A stretch of DNA of 64,000 nt from Planctomycetota bacterium (GTDB taxonomy: Bacteria > Planctomycetota > SZUA-567 > H5-PLA8), in contig JBBRPR010000019.1 in assembly GCA_038227875.1 (NCBI GenBank), forward strand, positions 32,001 to 96,000, given 5' to 3'. The notes beneath the pieces are model-generated. The model saw nothing but the letters and a program-made list of their open reading frames with translations. It ran no database searches and was not told where the DNA came from. A program made the position numbers and the translations under genes. Positions 18,310 through 28,032 of this stretch are shown piece after piece (the first letter of the stretch is position 1; each line of letters begins with the position of its first letter).

Positions 18310-20088
18310 TCAAGGCGCGGGCGGCGCGGGCGCGTTTTCGTTGGGCTTGAAGAGATCGTCGAATTGCATCCCGGAGCGCTGAAGGCGCTGCGTAAGCTGG
18401 TAGATCGCGCTGGGAATGTCGGCGGGGATTTCGAGCTTGATCGCGGCGGTCTTTTCGGCCACCCGGACGCTCAGCGAGAACACCGGGTTGGGCAAGCCGG
18501 CGGTGAGTTTCCCGGCCGGGCCGTCGGGGTTGGCTTTTGCGGCGATGAGCTTCACGATCGAGAGCGGGCGCAGCATCAGGACGGCGGCGGTTCCTTTGGG
18601 AATTGCCGTAAAGAGCGTCTGAATTTCCGCCGGAACCGGCGCGGGCCTGGCGGAATTTTCGACCAGCACTTTAAACGTCTCGTGCGAACCCGTGCCGGAG
18701 GCGATGCCGACGGCGTGCTTCAGGTCAGCCATCTTCATGTAAAAAATGTCGTCCATGAAGTTATCGGTCGTGCCCATGATCGCCATGCGCCGGCCGACGA
18801 CAGGCACGCCAGCGATCGTCTCCTCGGGCGCTTTTTCCTCGGAGAGAAAATCCTTGCCATTCTTCAAACGGCTCTCGGCGTTGATGGCGTCGATCGCCTT
18901 CTGATAAAAGCCGACCAGCGTGGCGAGCGTCTTCTTGCTGTCAGCAGTTTCGACGACGACAACGGGCGTCGCCGCCTGGCCGGTCCGCGCGCCGATGGCC
19001 AGCATCGCGTCGCCCTTGGCGCTCTCGAGGAAGGTGGCTAATGATTCGAGTACTTTCAAGCGCGCTTGCACGTTGTCGTCGGCGGCGTCGGAGCGGAGAT
19101 TGCTGAGCTTGATCAGATTGCGCACGGCGCCAGCGGAATCCTGCGGATTGACATTCCACGCGATCAGCAGCGCCGGATCGAAGGGCAGCAGCGACGTGAG
19201 CTTGCCGGAAAGCGTCGGCGCGTCGCCGGTCAGGTTAGCGGCGAGCACCGTGCCCGCGCGGCCGGTTAGTAGTATTTCGAGCGCTGCGACGGCCTTCTCC
19301 GTGTTGAAGTTGGCGCGGACCTGCACGGTCTCGGCCTGCCAGACGGCATCGAGAACGTTGTGGACCTGGCCCTTGAGCATCTCCCCCTGCTCCACCGTCT
19401 GGCCGGCGACGAGCGCGCCGGATTCCAGGCTCGAGGTCAGGATGCTGCCGTAGACGCGCTTGATGTTGGCCACTTTGAGCGTGAGATCGAGATCCGCATC
19501 GGTCGCCAGCGTGCCAACGTCGCGCGTGCCGAGGAAGTCTTCCAAGCTGCGCAACACGGCTGCGTTGGGCGCGACGAGCAGATTGGCGCGCACGATTTTC
19601 ATCACGATCAGCTTGTCGGGATTGGGCAGCGGCTGTGGGATTGAGTACGTCAGCACGCCATTCTCGTCGGTCGGCATGCCCAAGCTGCCAGCCATCGCCG
19701 CCTTCAGCGCCGCGGCGTCAGAGATGGGCAGAATCATCGCTTTGTCAACGGCCTGCCCCACGGCGGCGGGCGCGACAAAGTAGACCAGCGCCGTGCCGTC
19801 GGGCTTCAGGCCGGCATTGAGCGGGATGGCGAAAACATAATTGAGCGCGACGTTGGTGCCGAGTTCGCCGGAGTTGGGGACGACCTTGTTGGCGTAGCCG
19901 GCCAGCTTTTCACGCATGCCCGAGATCGACTTGATCGTGAAGCTGCCCAACGCCCAATCGGGGACGTCCGCCACCGGCGCAGGTTTTGGCGCATCAGCCG
20001 CGTGGGCGGGAAGTCCAGTGATGAGGCAAAGCACCACAGCGACCGAGCAAACCGGGGAAATGAAGCGATGCACCATAAGCGTTTCCAA
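18310..20088 (-). CDS. Exported hypothetical protein (~590 aa)
   Basis: Signal peptide ending AHA; typical codon usage; no recognised motif. Confidence 0.7.
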   Translation of the reverse strand: METLMVHRFISPVCSVAVVLCLITGLPAHAADAPKPAPVADVPDWALGSFTIKSISGMREKLAGYANKVVPNSGELGTNVALNYVFAIPLNAGLKPDGTALVYFVAPAAVGQAVDKAMILPISDAAALKAAMAGSLGMPTDENGVLTYSIPQPLPNPDKLIVMKIVRANLLVAPNAAVLRSLEDFLGTRDVGTLATDADLDLTLKVANIKRVYGSILTSSLESGALVAGQTVEQGEMLKGQVHNVLDAVWQAETVQVRANFNTEKAVAALEILLTGRAGTVLAANLTGDAPTLSGKLTSLLPFDPALLIAWNVNPQDSAGAVRNLIKLSNLRSDAADDNVQARLKVLESLATFLESAKGDAMLAIGARTGQAATPVVVVETADSKKTLATLVGFYQKAIDAINAESRLKNGKDFLSEEKAPEETIAGVPVVGRRMAIMGTTDNFMDDIFYMKMADLKHAVGIASGTGSHETFKVLVENSARPAPVPAEIQTLFTAIPKGTAAVLMLRPLSIVKLIAAKANPDGPAGKLTAGLPNPVFSLSVRVAEKTAAIKLEIPADIPSAIYQLTQRLQRSGMQFDDLFKPNENAPAPPAP

Positions 20089-20156
20089 TCCGTTGATGGA
20101 GAAATCCGACAGGTTCGGTATTCAACGCCTTGAATAGCAAAGAAAAGACCGCACGC

Positions 20157-20185
20157 AAAAGAAAATGCCGGATCGCTCCGGCATT
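20157..20185 (-). terminator. Probable intrinsic terminator
   Basis: AATGCCGGA-TCGC-TCCGGCATT, with an A-run to its left that gives a U-tail on the minus strand. Confidence 0.55.
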
Positions 20186-20239
20186 CTCGTTACGACAACC
20201 TCGAATTCCGCTTAGTTACTATTGTAACTAAGCGACTGT

Positions 20240-21175
20240 TTAGAATCCAAATCCCAAACCCACCCCCACGCGCGAATGACCGCCGTGGTAGTAACCAAAG
20301 TTCACCGAGCTGCGGGGATAATAGTAGTACGGGTACGTGCGGTAGTAGCTCGGCGCGTAGATGATCGGCGGCGACACGTAGACGGGATCGCGGTAGATCA
20401 CGGTCGACTGCGGCACGGAGTAGACCACTGGCGGCTCGGCCGGCGTGACGTACTCCGTTGACGGCACCGTCACCTGAGCTTGCGCCGGAGCAGGGCCATC
20501 GCGGAAAACCGCCAGGCGGCCGCCCTGCTTCTTCTCGCCGTTTTCGAAGACGCTGACATACAGCGCTTCCAGTTGCGCCGTATCGACGCGCGAGATCAGG
20601 ACCTGCGACTTCCGGTGGTTGTAGACCGTCACGGTCGCGCCTCTATCCTGGCCGCTATAACGGATCTGGTAGACGCCCGTCTTCATGCTCAACCGCAGAT
20701 TCGCGTTCGGCGCGATGCGGCCACCCCGTTCGGCGGGGACGATCCAAATCGTGTTCAAGTCCGGTTCGTAGCGGTAGGACCACGCGCGGTTGTCGAGGTT
20801 CTCGAGATCCAGCGAGCCTTCGCCCGCTTCAATCGGCGCGGCCGGCACAACTTCCGGCGGTGCAGCTGGCGACGGCGCAGCCTGAACCGGCGGCGCGGCT
20901 GGCGCGACGGCTACAGGCGCCGAGGCGGGAGCGGCATGGTGTTTCAACATCGCCGTGATCACCGAATTCGGCACATTGGCGTTCTTGAGCTTGATGATGT
21001 CTGGCGCCGTAAGGTTGAATTCCGTTTTGGAATTGCTGACCGTGGCGAGAATGATTTCTTCGCCGACGTTTTTCTGCGACAAGGTGACAATGTCATCGAC
21101 CGATTCCGCGTGCGCCGCGAACGGCGCGAGTGCGCCAACGAAGAGCGTCAACGCGGCAAGCTGTAAAATGCGCAT
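20240..21175 (-). CDS. Exported protein with a small helical N-domain, Pro/Ala linker and Tyr/Pro-rich tail
   Basis: Signal peptide (AHA-E), DDIVTLSQ...LTAPDIIKLK, C-terminal YYRTYPYYYYP...GLGFGF. SD GGGAGG. Confidence 0.75.
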   Translation of the reverse strand: MRILQLAALTLFVGALAPFAAHAESVDDIVTLSQKNVGEEIILATVSNSKTEFNLTAPDIIKLKNANVPNSVITAMLKHHAAPASAPVAVAPAAPPVQAAPSPAAPPEVVPAAPIEAGEGSLDLENLDNRAWSYRYEPDLNTIWIVPAERGGRIAPNANLRLSMKTGVYQIRYSGQDRGATVTVYNHRKSQVLISRVDTAQLEALYVSVFENGEKKQGGRLAVFRDGPAPAQAQVTVPSTEYVTPAEPPVVYSVPQSTVIYRDPVYVSPPIIYAPSYYRTYPYYYYPRSSVNFGYYHGGHSRVGVGLGFGF

Positions 21176-21392
21176 GGCAAACCTCCCTTACCCCACGACC
21201 ACTTCCGAATGGTAGAGTAGACCCATTCCCCCTGCCGTCAATAGGACGCGCTAGACCCTTGCGCATTCAAAGTTTCTGGCGCGGATGGCCGCTGACACGC
21301 GAAGAGTCCAGCCCGCTGCGCTCTTGCACCAGACGCAACCCGATGTAAGATTTTGTTAGGTACTCCACGCATAAATTCCCAAGGACACGGCA

Positions 21393-22508
21393 TTGAACTC
21401 ATCGTCGCCCTTTGAAGGGTCCATTCTGCTTGTGGCAGAGCCGCTGAATCCGGGCGGAATCGCGGTGTATACGCGCTCCATTTTGGCGGGGTTGCGGCAG
21501 GCCAATATCCGCCACCGCCTGATCACCTCCGTGCGGCCGAGCGAAGGGGCGTTGCTGACCGAAGAGCAGAGCAACATCGACGTGGTGCAAGGCTTGTTCT
21601 GGAGCGTCTGGCGACCGTTCATTTTCCGCAAACTGGTGGCGTGGGCGCGCGAAAATGAGCCGGTGATCATCCACGGGCTCTCGGCGTTGGCGGCGCCGAT
21701 CTGCGCTCAGCTCTCGAAGGCGCTGGGCATTCCGTTTGTCGTCACGGTCCATCATTTTCAGAAACCGGGAGTTTTGCGGCAGGAAGAAGGCTGCCACGCG
21801 TTCATCGCGGTGAGCGAATCGTTACGCGAGAATCTGGTCAACGACGCGCGCATTCCGCGCGAGCTGGTGCGGCTGATCCCCGCCGGCATCAGTGTGCCGA
21901 AGGAACTCGCGGCGCGCCCGGCGGAATACAACCGCGGCGAATCGATTCCGCTGATCAGTTCGTTTGGCAAACTGATTCCGCGCAAGGACTATCCGACTTT
22001 CTTGAAAGCCGCGCGGCTGGTCATCGACCGGCTCGGTCCGCAGAACAGTTTTGTGATCCTGGGAGAAGGCCCCGACGAACCGGCGCTGCGGAAACTCGCG
22101 CGGGAATTGAAAATCGACAAGCAGGTCACCTTCTGCGACACGACCGCCGCCGTCGAACCGATCTTCCGCGACACCGACGTCTATGTGCAGTGTTCCAAGC
22201 AGGAAGGCTTCGGCACGATGGTGCTGCAAGCGATGGCTCACGGCGTGCCTGTCGTCACGACCGCGGCCGGCGGAATATTGTCGCTGGTACGCGACGGCGA
22301 AACGGGATTCATCGTCCCGATCGGCGATCACGAAGCGCTGGCCGGGCGCATCTGCAATCTGCTGACCGACCCGGAACTCGCGGCCCGCATCGGCGATGCC
22401 GCGCGCAAGATGGCCGTCGAGAATTACGACCTCGATGCGATGATGTCCTCCACGCTGTCGCTATACAGCGAAGCGGTGAGCGAGGACGTGAAGATCACGA
22501 AAACGTGA
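21393..22508 (+). CDS. Glycosyltransferase family 4 (GT-B)
   Basis: PGG, IAVSE, GKLIPRK, G.GP, EGFG..VLQAMA.G.PV, DGETG. Confidence 0.85.
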   Translation: MNSSSPFEGSILLVAEPLNPGGIAVYTRSILAGLRQANIRHRLITSVRPSEGALLTEEQSNIDVVQGLFWSVWRPFIFRKLVAWARENEPVIIHGLSALAAPICAQLSKALGIPFVVTVHHFQKPGVLRQEEGCHAFIAVSESLRENLVNDARIPRELVRLIPAGISVPKELAARPAEYNRGESIPLISSFGKLIPRKDYPTFLKAARLVIDRLGPQNSFVILGEGPDEPALRKLARELKIDKQVTFCDTTAAVEPIFRDTDVYVQCSKQEGFGTMVLQAMAHGVPVVTTAAGGILSLVRDGETGFIVPIGDHEALAGRICNLLTDPELAARIGDAARKMAVENYDLDAMMSSTLSLYSEAVSEDVKITKT

Positions 22509-22527
22509 ACTCCAAGAGCACAGCGTC

Positions 22528-23217
22528 ATGGTAAACATACGCCCTGCGCTGATCGCTCTCTGTGCGCTAATCTTAGTCTGCGGCTGGAGCCAGGCGCCGA
22601 ATCTCGCCGCGCAGGCGTACGACCGGCCGCATGCACTCAAAATCCAAGCACCACAAATTATCACATTGGATTGCGAAGAGGCGACTATCGAGGTCGGCGA
22701 GTTGGTGCGGTATGCCGAAACATTTGTCGCCGCGAATGTCCGGGACGGGGCTACACCGCGGATGTACATCTGCCCCAAAGATTGCCAGCACGGCAAAATT
22801 TATCCCAGTGCGGCCGGGGAGAAATGTCCTGTCTGCCATTACCGCTTGTATGAAATTCGCGACGGCCGGATTGAACACAGTAACCACCGGCCGCGGCATG
22901 GCGGTGTCTTCTTCATGGGACAGGATGGCTTTCATCACGTTGAAGGCGTTTTGATTTCCGCTACTGAATTCCGACTCTATGTGTACGACAACTTCACCGA
23001 ACCGCTGAAAGAAACCTGCTCCGCGAGCGCGGAATTCATTCAGAACAAGAATGCGCCGGTGAAAGTGGACCTGAGCCGCTACGCGGACGGGGCATTTCTG
23101 TCCGGCGAGGTTCCAGTGGGATTTCCGATGCCTCTGTCGCTGGCCGTGCGGGTCCGCTTCGGTGAGCAGCGGGAGGGCATGCTCTTCAATTTCACGTTTG
23201 ATCGTTTGACGCGCTGA
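22528..23217 (+). CDS. Exported putative metal-binding protein carrying a PilQ-like 30-aa segment
   Basis: Signal peptide; YICPKDC...KCPVC (heavy-metal-binding-domain-like); HSNHRPRHGG...HHVEG; residues 39-68 match PilQ. Confidence 0.7.
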   Translation: MVNIRPALIALCALILVCGWSQAPNLAAQAYDRPHALKIQAPQIITLDCEEATIEVGELVRYAETFVAANVRDGATPRMYICPKDCQHGKIYPSAAGEKCPVCHYRLYEIRDGRIEHSNHRPRHGGVFFMGQDGFHHVEGVLISATEFRLYVYDNFTEPLKETCSASAEFIQNKNAPVKVDLSRYADGAFLSGEVPVGFPMPLSLAVRVRFGEQREGMLFNFTFDRLTR

Positions 23218-23223
23218 AATCCG

Positions 23224-23249
23224 ACCACATGGCCAATTGGCCATGTGGT
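23224..23249. repeat. 26-bp perfect palindrome between convergent genes (AATT-centred family)
   Basis: ACCACATGGCCAATTGGCCATGTGGT. Confidence 0.85.
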
Positions 23250-23262
23250 TAGAAAGCACCAC

Positions 23263-24771
23263 TTACTTCTTCGGCTTGCCTTTGAACAGGTCCAACCAAT
23301 TGCGTTCCTTGAAGAAAAACGTGTAGCTGCGGCCGTCTTCGAAGGTGGCTTTGGCGTCGCTGGGGATCTGGTTGGCTTCGAGGGCGTAGTTTTTCTCGCC
23401 GCCAGCGGAGCTGGAGAATTTCACCTGGAAGCTCACGGCGCCCGGACAGGTGTAGAACCAGCCTTTGCCGTCAGGAATTTTGCCTTGAGCCCAGCGCGTG
23501 TACGAGCCGTCCCATAATTTCCAGCGGCAGACGATCGAGATATACTGCGAAGACGTCGCCAGCGGATTGTGAAAGGCGACCACGCCCTGCCGCGTCAGCG
23601 CGATGGCGCGCTGCTGGGCGAGAAACTGTTCCTGACGCGCTTTGGCTACTTCACGCTTGGCGCGTTCGATCTCGTACTTGCGCTGCGCTTCTTCACGGGC
23701 GCGGGTGACAGCGGCGTCTTCCTGCTGCTGTTTGGCCTTGATCGCGGCCAGTTCGTCCTGGGCGCGCTCCAGTTCCAATTCATCTTTCAAATCTTCCTGA
23801 GCCTGCGCGATGGCTTCGCGGCGGGCTTTCTCGAGTTCGCGCGCGTTCTCGGCGGCCTTGGCGCGCGCGGCGGTTACGGCGGCGGCGTCTTCTATGGCGG
23901 CGTTGTTGTCCGCGGCGTTGATTTCATCCAGACGCTGCTCGAAGCTCCAGACCTGGTACGCGCCGGTTTGGGAATTCCATTCGAGAATGCGGTCGCCGTC
24001 CATGTAATGGAAGCTGACACCCGGGGCGGCGTGCGGCCATTCGCCTTCTGCCAGCGGCTTGCCGGGGAAGGGATCTTCCGCGCCGCGCTGCGTCATGTCA
24101 TAAGCCCAGATCCGGTAGCGGCCGGAATCTTCCCAATCGAGCACACGGTCGCCGTCGAATTGCATCAGATGGTGGCCGGCCTTGATCGATTTCCACGTGC
24201 CTTCCGCGATGGGCTTGCCGGGAAACGGATCGTCGGCGCCCTTCTTTTCGCGGTCGTAAAACCAGATCCGATAGTGTCCGGTCTCCTCGACCCAATCGAG
24301 GACCGCGTCGCCGCCCATGTAAATCAACGTGTGTCCGGCATTGATCGAGCCCCACTTGCCTTCCACGTCAATTCCGGTGAGCGGGTCGCGATTTCCCGCA
24401 ATGCTGCGATCGTAGGCGAAGATGCGGTAGCTGCCGGTTTCCGGTTCCCAATCGAGAATCCGGTCGCCGCCCATGTATACGAGTTGATGGCCATCGGCGA
24501 TACTTTTCCACGTACCTTCAACCACGGGGCCGCCGGGAAGCGGATCGGCTTTGCCGCTGCGCTCGCGGTCGTAACGCCAGATGCGGTAGTGACCGGACGA
24601 TGGCTCCCAGTCGAGCAGGCGGTTGCCTTCTAAATAGACCAGTTCATGCCCGCTCTTGATGGACTTCCACACGCCACTGCAGACGGGGCCGTTGAAGGGA
24701 CCGTCTGCCGCCACGAGGCTCAGCGAAAAGACAACCGCCAACAGCACCGCGCTTCGCAGAATGGGTTTCAT
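23263..24771 (-). CDS. Secreted protein with five ~52-aa Trp-rich repeats (probable beta-propeller), a coiled coil and a C-terminal beta domain
   Basis: Repeat consensus GxWKSIxxGHxLxYxxGDRxLDWExxxGxYRIWxYDRxxxGxxDPxPG. Confidence 0.75.
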   Translation of the reverse strand: MKPILRSAVLLAVVFSLSLVAADGPFNGPVCSGVWKSIKSGHELVYLEGNRLLDWEPSSGHYRIWRYDRERSGKADPLPGGPVVEGTWKSIADGHQLVYMGGDRILDWEPETGSYRIFAYDRSIAGNRDPLTGIDVEGKWGSINAGHTLIYMGGDAVLDWVEETGHYRIWFYDREKKGADDPFPGKPIAEGTWKSIKAGHHLMQFDGDRVLDWEDSGRYRIWAYDMTQRGAEDPFPGKPLAEGEWPHAAPGVSFHYMDGDRILEWNSQTGAYQVWSFEQRLDEINAADNNAAIEDAAAVTAARAKAAENARELEKARREAIAQAQEDLKDELELERAQDELAAIKAKQQQEDAAVTRAREEAQRKYEIERAKREVAKARQEQFLAQQRAIALTRQGVVAFHNPLATSSQYISIVCRWKLWDGSYTRWAQGKIPDGKGWFYTCPGAVSFQVKFSSSAGGEKNYALEANQIPSDAKATFEDGRSYTFFFKERNWLDLFKGKPKK

Positions 24772-24793
24772 CAGCAGGGAATCTCCCTCGGTA

Positions 24794-25183
24794 TTATTTT
24801 TTCTTCTTACCCTTGGCCTTCGGAATCACGGCATCATCACCGACTTGAGTGACGGTGATGCCCTCGGCCGTGCGTGTGCCAGTCACGGTGACTTTGGCGT
24901 GCTGCGTGGCGAGGTCATCGAGCTTTTTCGCCGCATCGCCGGTGGCCTTGAGATCAACCCATTCGACTTTATCGCCGGTCGTGATCGACATCAACGCAAC
25001 GACGCCGTCCTTGGCGCTCAGGCCCTTTGTCGTCAGGGAGCCGTTCCAGCTTTGCGCGGCGCCGGAAGCCGCAGGCGCAGTGGCAGGCGGAGGCGCGACC
25101 GGGTCCGGTGCATCTGCTCCGAACGCCGTGCTTGCCGCGAGCAGTACGACCGTTAGCGAACCGAGCTTTAGACGCCTGTACAT
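24794..25183 (-). CDS. Small exported hypothetical protein (possibly OB-fold-like)
   Basis: SD AAGGAG, signal peptide, Pro/Ala linker, Lys-rich C-terminus. Confidence 0.65.
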   Translation of the reverse strand: MYRRLKLGSLTVVLLAASTAFGADAPDPVAPPPATAPAASGAAQSWNGSLTTKGLSAKDGVVALMSITTGDKVEWVDLKATGDAAKKLDDLATQHAKVTVTGTRTAEGITVTQVGDDAVIPKAKGKKKK

Positions 25184-25260
25184 GGATGACTCCTTCGACA
25201 AGACAGTTTCGGCATTCAACATAGCCGTGCAGGCGGCGGTGTCACGTCTGTTGGCAGGAT

Positions 25261-25788
25261 TCAGTGGCGCGTGTCACGCAAGGCTTGCATCACGCTGCGT
25301 TGATGAGGGAACGCCAGTTCGGTGTCGCTGGGCAGCGCATCGAGCGGAAACCAGCGGACTTCTGCGGCGTCGTCTGCCGCAACAGGATCGCCACTCTCGG
25401 CTCGCGCGGTGAAATAGATGTTCAGTGTGAAATCCGGCTCGACGCCGTTGGCGGGAACTTCGCCGTAAATATCGGGCACCGCGATCAGGTAAATGAGATC
25501 GGTGATGACCAAGCCCGTTTCTTCGCGCAGTTCGCGAATCGTGGCCTGCTCGGGGGTTTCATGCGCTTCCATGAAGCCGCCGGGAACATCCCAGTGCCCT
25601 TTGGCGGGTTCAATACCGCGCTTCACCAGCAGGACTTTGCCCTCGCGGATCACGAGCGCGCCGGCGCAGGGCTTGGCGTTGCGCCAGTCAATGAAGGTGC
25701 AATTCGGGCATGCCGGCAGGCGGCGGTGGTCGATCTGGCGATCGGCCACCGCGGTCGCGCAGTTGGGGCAGAATTTGAATTTGGACAT
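25261..25788 (-). CDS. NUDIX hydrolase with N-terminal zinc ribbon
   Basis: CPNC...CPNC; Nudix box GGFMEAHETPEQATIRELREETG. Confidence 0.9.
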   Translation of the reverse strand: MSKFKFCPNCATAVADRQIDHRRLPACPNCTFIDWRNAKPCAGALVIREGKVLLVKRGIEPAKGHWDVPGGFMEAHETPEQATIRELREETGLVITDLIYLIAVPDIYGEVPANGVEPDFTLNIYFTARAESGDPVAADDAAEVRWFPLDALPSDTELAFPHQRSVMQALRDTRH

Positions 25789-25798
25789 GCGCTGATTT

Positions 25799-27022
25799 TT
25801 ACTGCTTCGCGTTGTCGCTTGCCACTGCCGTCACCGCGGCTTTCGCGCGCTTCCATTCGGCGTCCCATTCGGCTTCGTAACCCTTGGTCCATTGAGACTT
25901 CGTCAGGTTCTCGTACAGGACGATGGAATCCGGAATGTGTTCGGTTGTATTTTCCAGAGTCAGCGTGCGGTAGTAGTGCCAGTAGTAATCCAGGATCGTT
26001 TCAATCTGCGTCTTTGAAAGGCTGGGATCGAAAACGAGCGTCATGGATGCGTAAACTGACTTATCAAACGCCATTGGCGCTTCCAGCTTGAAGTTCTGGA
26101 TTGCCGTCGACGGATTGATCGCGATGGAATTACTGAGCACCGCCGGCATTTTTGCGAAGACCACTTCTGGCTGCAGTTGCGGGCGCATCTGATCGAACGC
26201 CTGAGCGCTGGGCGGCACGTTGAGGTGAATTCTCATATAAGCCGTGGTCGGCGCGTGGACGGTAATCATTAAAGGCGCCAATCCAGACACTGCCACTAAA
26301 ATGCCGGAGAGGAACAACGCTTTGAGTGTGAAGCGCTGCTTCAAAGCGAGAATCGCCACCATGGCCAGTAACGCTGCGTAGATGAACTGTGAGCTCACTC
26401 CCCGGCGGACGGCGTCGCCGATGGTGCTGATGTTTTCGTAGTGATTGAGGTGGACGTCCAGTTCGCAGAAGACGATGTTCTTCTCGCCGTTCCGCAACCG
26501 GTGCAACTCGTACTGACCGTCGTAAACCATATGCGCCGCCAACGCGAGTAACAGCACGCAGCCCAAAACCACCGCAGCTCTGCGGCGGGTAAATTTGACG
26601 GTCGGGGCTAAGAGGGGTTTCGATTCGAAAGCAGGTGCTGCGCCTTTTCGTGTGCGACGCACGATCCGTTCGCACGCCAATACGGCCACGACGGCAAGCG
26701 CCAACCCCACGCCCACATCGGCCGCCAGCGGACCCCATTCAGTGGGAGTCTCGTCGAAGTCGCTGCTGTAGCCGCCGATTTTCTTGTTGTCGGTCAAGTC
26801 CACTTCCAAACGACTGCGATGCTGCCACGCCCAAGGCCAGCCCAGACCGCTTTCGCGCAGAGCGTGAGTGACGCCGGAACGCGTCATGACCTTCTCGGAA
26901 ATGACGCGCATCGTGAGGTTGCCCCAGGCGAACGCAGCCACGACGCAGCCCAGTACGAGCAACGACTGGAGGCTCAGCTGGTAGTGGTGTCGCGCGGAAG
27001 TTTCGTCGGTTTGCCCCATCAT
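25799..27022 (-). CDS. Hypothetical multi-pass membrane protein
   Basis: About five hydrophobic segments; SD GGGAGA before the ATG at 27022. Confidence 0.6.
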   Translation of the reverse strand: MMGQTDETSARHHYQLSLQSLLVLGCVVAAFAWGNLTMRVISEKVMTRSGVTHALRESGLGWPWAWQHRSRLEVDLTDNKKIGGYSSDFDETPTEWGPLAADVGVGLALAVVAVLACERIVRRTRKGAAPAFESKPLLAPTVKFTRRRAAVVLGCVLLLALAAHMVYDGQYELHRLRNGEKNIVFCELDVHLNHYENISTIGDAVRRGVSSQFIYAALLAMVAILALKQRFTLKALFLSGILVAVSGLAPLMITVHAPTTAYMRIHLNVPPSAQAFDQMRPQLQPEVVFAKMPAVLSNSIAINPSTAIQNFKLEAPMAFDKSVYASMTLVFDPSLSKTQIETILDYYWHYYRTLTLENTTEHIPDSIVLYENLTKSQWTKGYEAEWDAEWKRAKAAVTAVASDNAKQ

Positions 27023-27217
27023 TGATGCAATCTCCCGAGTATTGGACACTTTACCTCAGCGCAGAGAGGACGGAAACGAGGGAGAAAATTTTTTTACCTA
27101 TACGAATCGACTTAAGCTGTGCGTATCCCGCGAAGCGTTCCATTGCGAGGGATGAGAAAAACGGAGATAATGCGCCACATCCAATCGCACGAATGCAGAA
27201 TGAGGGACGACGGGAAA

Positions 27218-27838
27218 ATGGCATTGCATGAGAAACTGGCTCGCTATTCTTCCGAAGGAAACATCTACCGTTTTAATAAGATACTCAACTTCGCGGCTAA
27301 AGACCTGTCCGGGCTGGATTCGACCGATTGGCAGGTCGAACACATACGCGTAAACAAAGTTACAGATCGTGAACGATTCTTTACGCTGCTCGACGCCTAT
27401 CCCGTAGAACAAATCATGACCGTCAGCGGGCATGCTTGCGGTGTCACCTTCACCGCCATATTTCCGATGAGTGTCGGCTTGTTGCTGCCGTATCGAATCG
27501 AGATTCTCCTCAACGCTTCTATCGACGGAAGTGCCATTTTCCGTCGAGGATTCTTCTGGCCGTGGTGGGATCTTGTTCCGCAAAATGAAACGAGGCTGGA
27601 GCAATTGAGGCAACTTAGCTTGCCAGGCGTGAATCTTAGGCATACATGGGGCGGTTATAAATACGTGTTGAAAGTTGGACATGAGATCGTACCTGTTGCC
27701 AACGATCCAACTCTAAGTAGGTGGACTGTGCACTCTGGATTCCAAGGGTTTGTGATCGGCGTAGGACCTCGCATTGCCAAATACGTGAAGGCAGCGGGAC
27801 GGCTTGAGACACTGTTGAAGGCATGGAGCAAAAATTGA
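27218..27838 (+). CDS. Hypothetical protein, lower GC (start uncertain)
   Basis: Long open frame in a visibly AT-richer segment; no motif recognised. Confidence 0.5.
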   Translation: MALHEKLARYSSEGNIYRFNKILNFAAKDLSGLDSTDWQVEHIRVNKVTDRERFFTLLDAYPVEQIMTVSGHACGVTFTAIFPMSVGLLLPYRIEILLNASIDGSAIFRRGFFWPWWDLVPQNETRLEQLRQLSLPGVNLRHTWGGYKYVLKVGHEIVPVANDPTLSRWTVHSGFQGFVIGVGPRIAKYVKAAGRLETLLKAWSKN

Positions 27839-27884
27839 GTTCAGCACCTCACCGTGGCGCCCCCCACGTTTTGCCAACTCTGCC

Positions 27885-27913
27885 TTGCACCGCGCCGGAC
27901 TTGCCGTTATAAG
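27885..27913 (+). promoter_or_regulatory. Candidate sigma70 promoter for ffh
   Basis: TTGCAC-N17-TATAAG. Confidence 0.45.
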
Positions 27914-28032
27914 GGTCCGTTCTGTCGCATTCCGTTACGCTTAAGGGGATGGCGTGGCGGTGGTTGCGGCTTTTTTTGTTTTGACCTTTATTCCGTCTTC
28001 ACGCGGATGTTGTTGCTGTCGGGGGAGAGTAC

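Noticed and set aside
22200..22235. GT4 E-x7-E motif reads E-x7-Q, suggesting inactivity
   Set aside because: The first Glu is retained and the second position varies in the family, so the evidence is too weak.
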